64,000 nucleotides of DNA, from positions 67,436 to 131,435 of IMG/VR virus record IMGVR_UViG_3300023210_000011; one strand, 5' to 3'. The position numbers and the translations under genes were made by a program. A model generated the notes under the pieces. It ran no database searches. It saw nothing but the letters and a program-made list of their open reading frames with translations, and had not been told where the DNA came from. Within the stretch, counting starts at the first letter, position 1; each line of letters opens with the position of its first letter. Source of the stretch: a virus. Of the stretch, positions 62,966 to 64,000 are shown one piece after another.

Positions 62966-64000
62966 ATGGATTACTCTGCAGAGATGGTGAACTCGGGCTT
63001 CATCGAGCGCCTCGAGACCGAGGGCGCCACGAAGACGGCTGCCGCTTCCCTCAACTACATCAAGGACCGCCTCCGCGAGTCCAGCTTCGCCGACATGATC
63101 GTTCCGAACGAGCGTGTCGTTCGCGGCGACCTGCAGCGGAGCACCGAGCACGACACGATGGTGAAGATCGTCGACATCGAGCCCGGTTCCCGCGCGATGG
63201 CCGTGAACTTCCGTGGTCAGCCGACCGCGGAGTACGTGAACGGCAAGCGGTTCGCGATCGGCTTCTTCACCATCTCGAGCCTCAAGTTCGAGATCGTGGA
63301 GCAGGAGCTGATGGCGTACGAGATGCCCGTCACCAAGATCATCGAGGAGAACAGCCTCAAGGACATGGTCGAGGTGAAGGACCGCGAGTTCCTGAACCAC
63401 GTCGAGTCCTGCATCGACGCCATGCAGGAGGAGGGTACCGGTGCTACCGCCTTCTCCGTCACTGGCGGAGAGGCGAGTGTCTCGAAGGTGAAGGGCATCC
63501 TGGCCCAGCAGTCGGGCGACAGCGCCACGACCTACACGACCTACGCCATCCAGCGTGCGGACATCGTGCAGATCAAGAAGCTGCTCAAGCGCCAGGTGCT
63601 CGACTCGTCGGGCAACATCGTCCGGGCTGGGCGCCTGCGCCCCGTCCTGATGCTGATGACCGAGAGCGACTCCGACGACTTCGACCAGTGGACGCATGAG
63701 GACTACGGCGACAAGCTGCAGTCCGAGACGGCCCTGGACGGCTTCACCTACAACAAGGTGCTCGGCCTTCGCATCGTCCGCACGATCAAGAACGACATCC
63801 TGCGCGAGGGCAACGTCTACGTCTTCACCGCGCCGGAGTTCTTCGGTCGGAACTACACGCTCAACGACGTGAAGTTCTACATCGACAAGCAGGCCAACCG
63901 GATCTTCTGGCAGGCCTGGATGGATGTGGGCATGGGCTTCGGCAACATCGCTGCGGTGGTGAAGCTCGAGCTCTACGCTGGTGACGCCTCGGACAGCTCG
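62966..64000 (+). CDS. Major capsid protein (HK97-fold), runs off the window end; not in the ORF track
   Basis: AGGAGG RBS; MDYSAEMVNSGFIERLETEGATKTAAASLNYIKDRLRESSF...; 345 open codons with very strong codon bias; terminal position in the head operon. Confidence 0.8.
   Translation, partial: MDYSAEMVNSGFIERLETEGATKTAAASLNYIKDRLRESSFADMIVPNERVVRGDLQRSTEHDTMVKIVDIEPGSRAMAVNFRGQPTAEYVNGKRFAIGFFTISSLKFEIVEQELMAYEMPVTKIIEENSLKDMVEVKDREFLNHVESCIDAMQEEGTGATAFSVTGGEASVSKVKGILAQQSGDSATTYTTYAIQRADIVQIKKLLKRQVLDSSGNIVRAGRLRPVLMLMTESDSDDFDQWTHEDYGDKLQSETALDGFTYNKVLGLRIVRTIKNDILREGNVYVFTAPEFFGRNYTLNDVKFYIDKQANRIFWQAWMDVGMGFGNIAAVVKLELYAGDASDSS

Noticed and set aside
1-64000. Alternative genetic code (stop-codon reassignment)
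   Set aside because: Genes tile densely under the standard code and end in TGA, TAG and TAA with normal overlaps.
1-64000. tRNA, rRNA or transposase genes
   Set aside because: Intergenic gaps are short and no cloverleaf, rRNA or transposase signature was seen; not scanned computationally.

Overview
A 64-kb piece of a large, GC-rich (about two-thirds G+C by eye), gene-dense tailed bacteriophage genome, probably a myovirus/jumbo-type phage. It is not a bacterial chromosome: it has a portal, a large terminase, a prohead-protease-like gene, a major capsid protein, baseplate genes and a compact replisome. Layout: (1) 1-12.8 kb, rightward baseplate/tail genes (1587 aa and about 2174 aa); (2) 12.8-28.6 kb, leftward replication/recombination operon (H1-like protein, RusA-like, Cas4-like and Hjc-like nucleases, RecA, HU-like, family A DNA polymerase, putative SSB, DnaG, DnaB, family-4 UDG, SF2 helicase); (3) 28.7-64 kb, mostly rightward head/packaging genes, with a single-chain beta-beta' RNA polymerase fusion (2108 aa) embedded among them and small leftward islands. 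Most unusual signals: a K-x-A-(S/A/G) motif repeated dozens of times in head-region proteins; a family of genes with a shared MDK(I/L)AAYE...EK(T/S)A leader fused to different glycine-zipper cargo domains, plus related cargo genes including one with an HPD J-domain; the fused, trimmed RNAP; a -10-only TAY(A/G)NT element 27-30 nt upstream of five rightward gene starts; and a candidate -1 frameshift in the H1-like gene. No tRNA, rRNA, CRISPR array, integrase or transposase was seen. Calls come from motif recognition by eye, without database searches.
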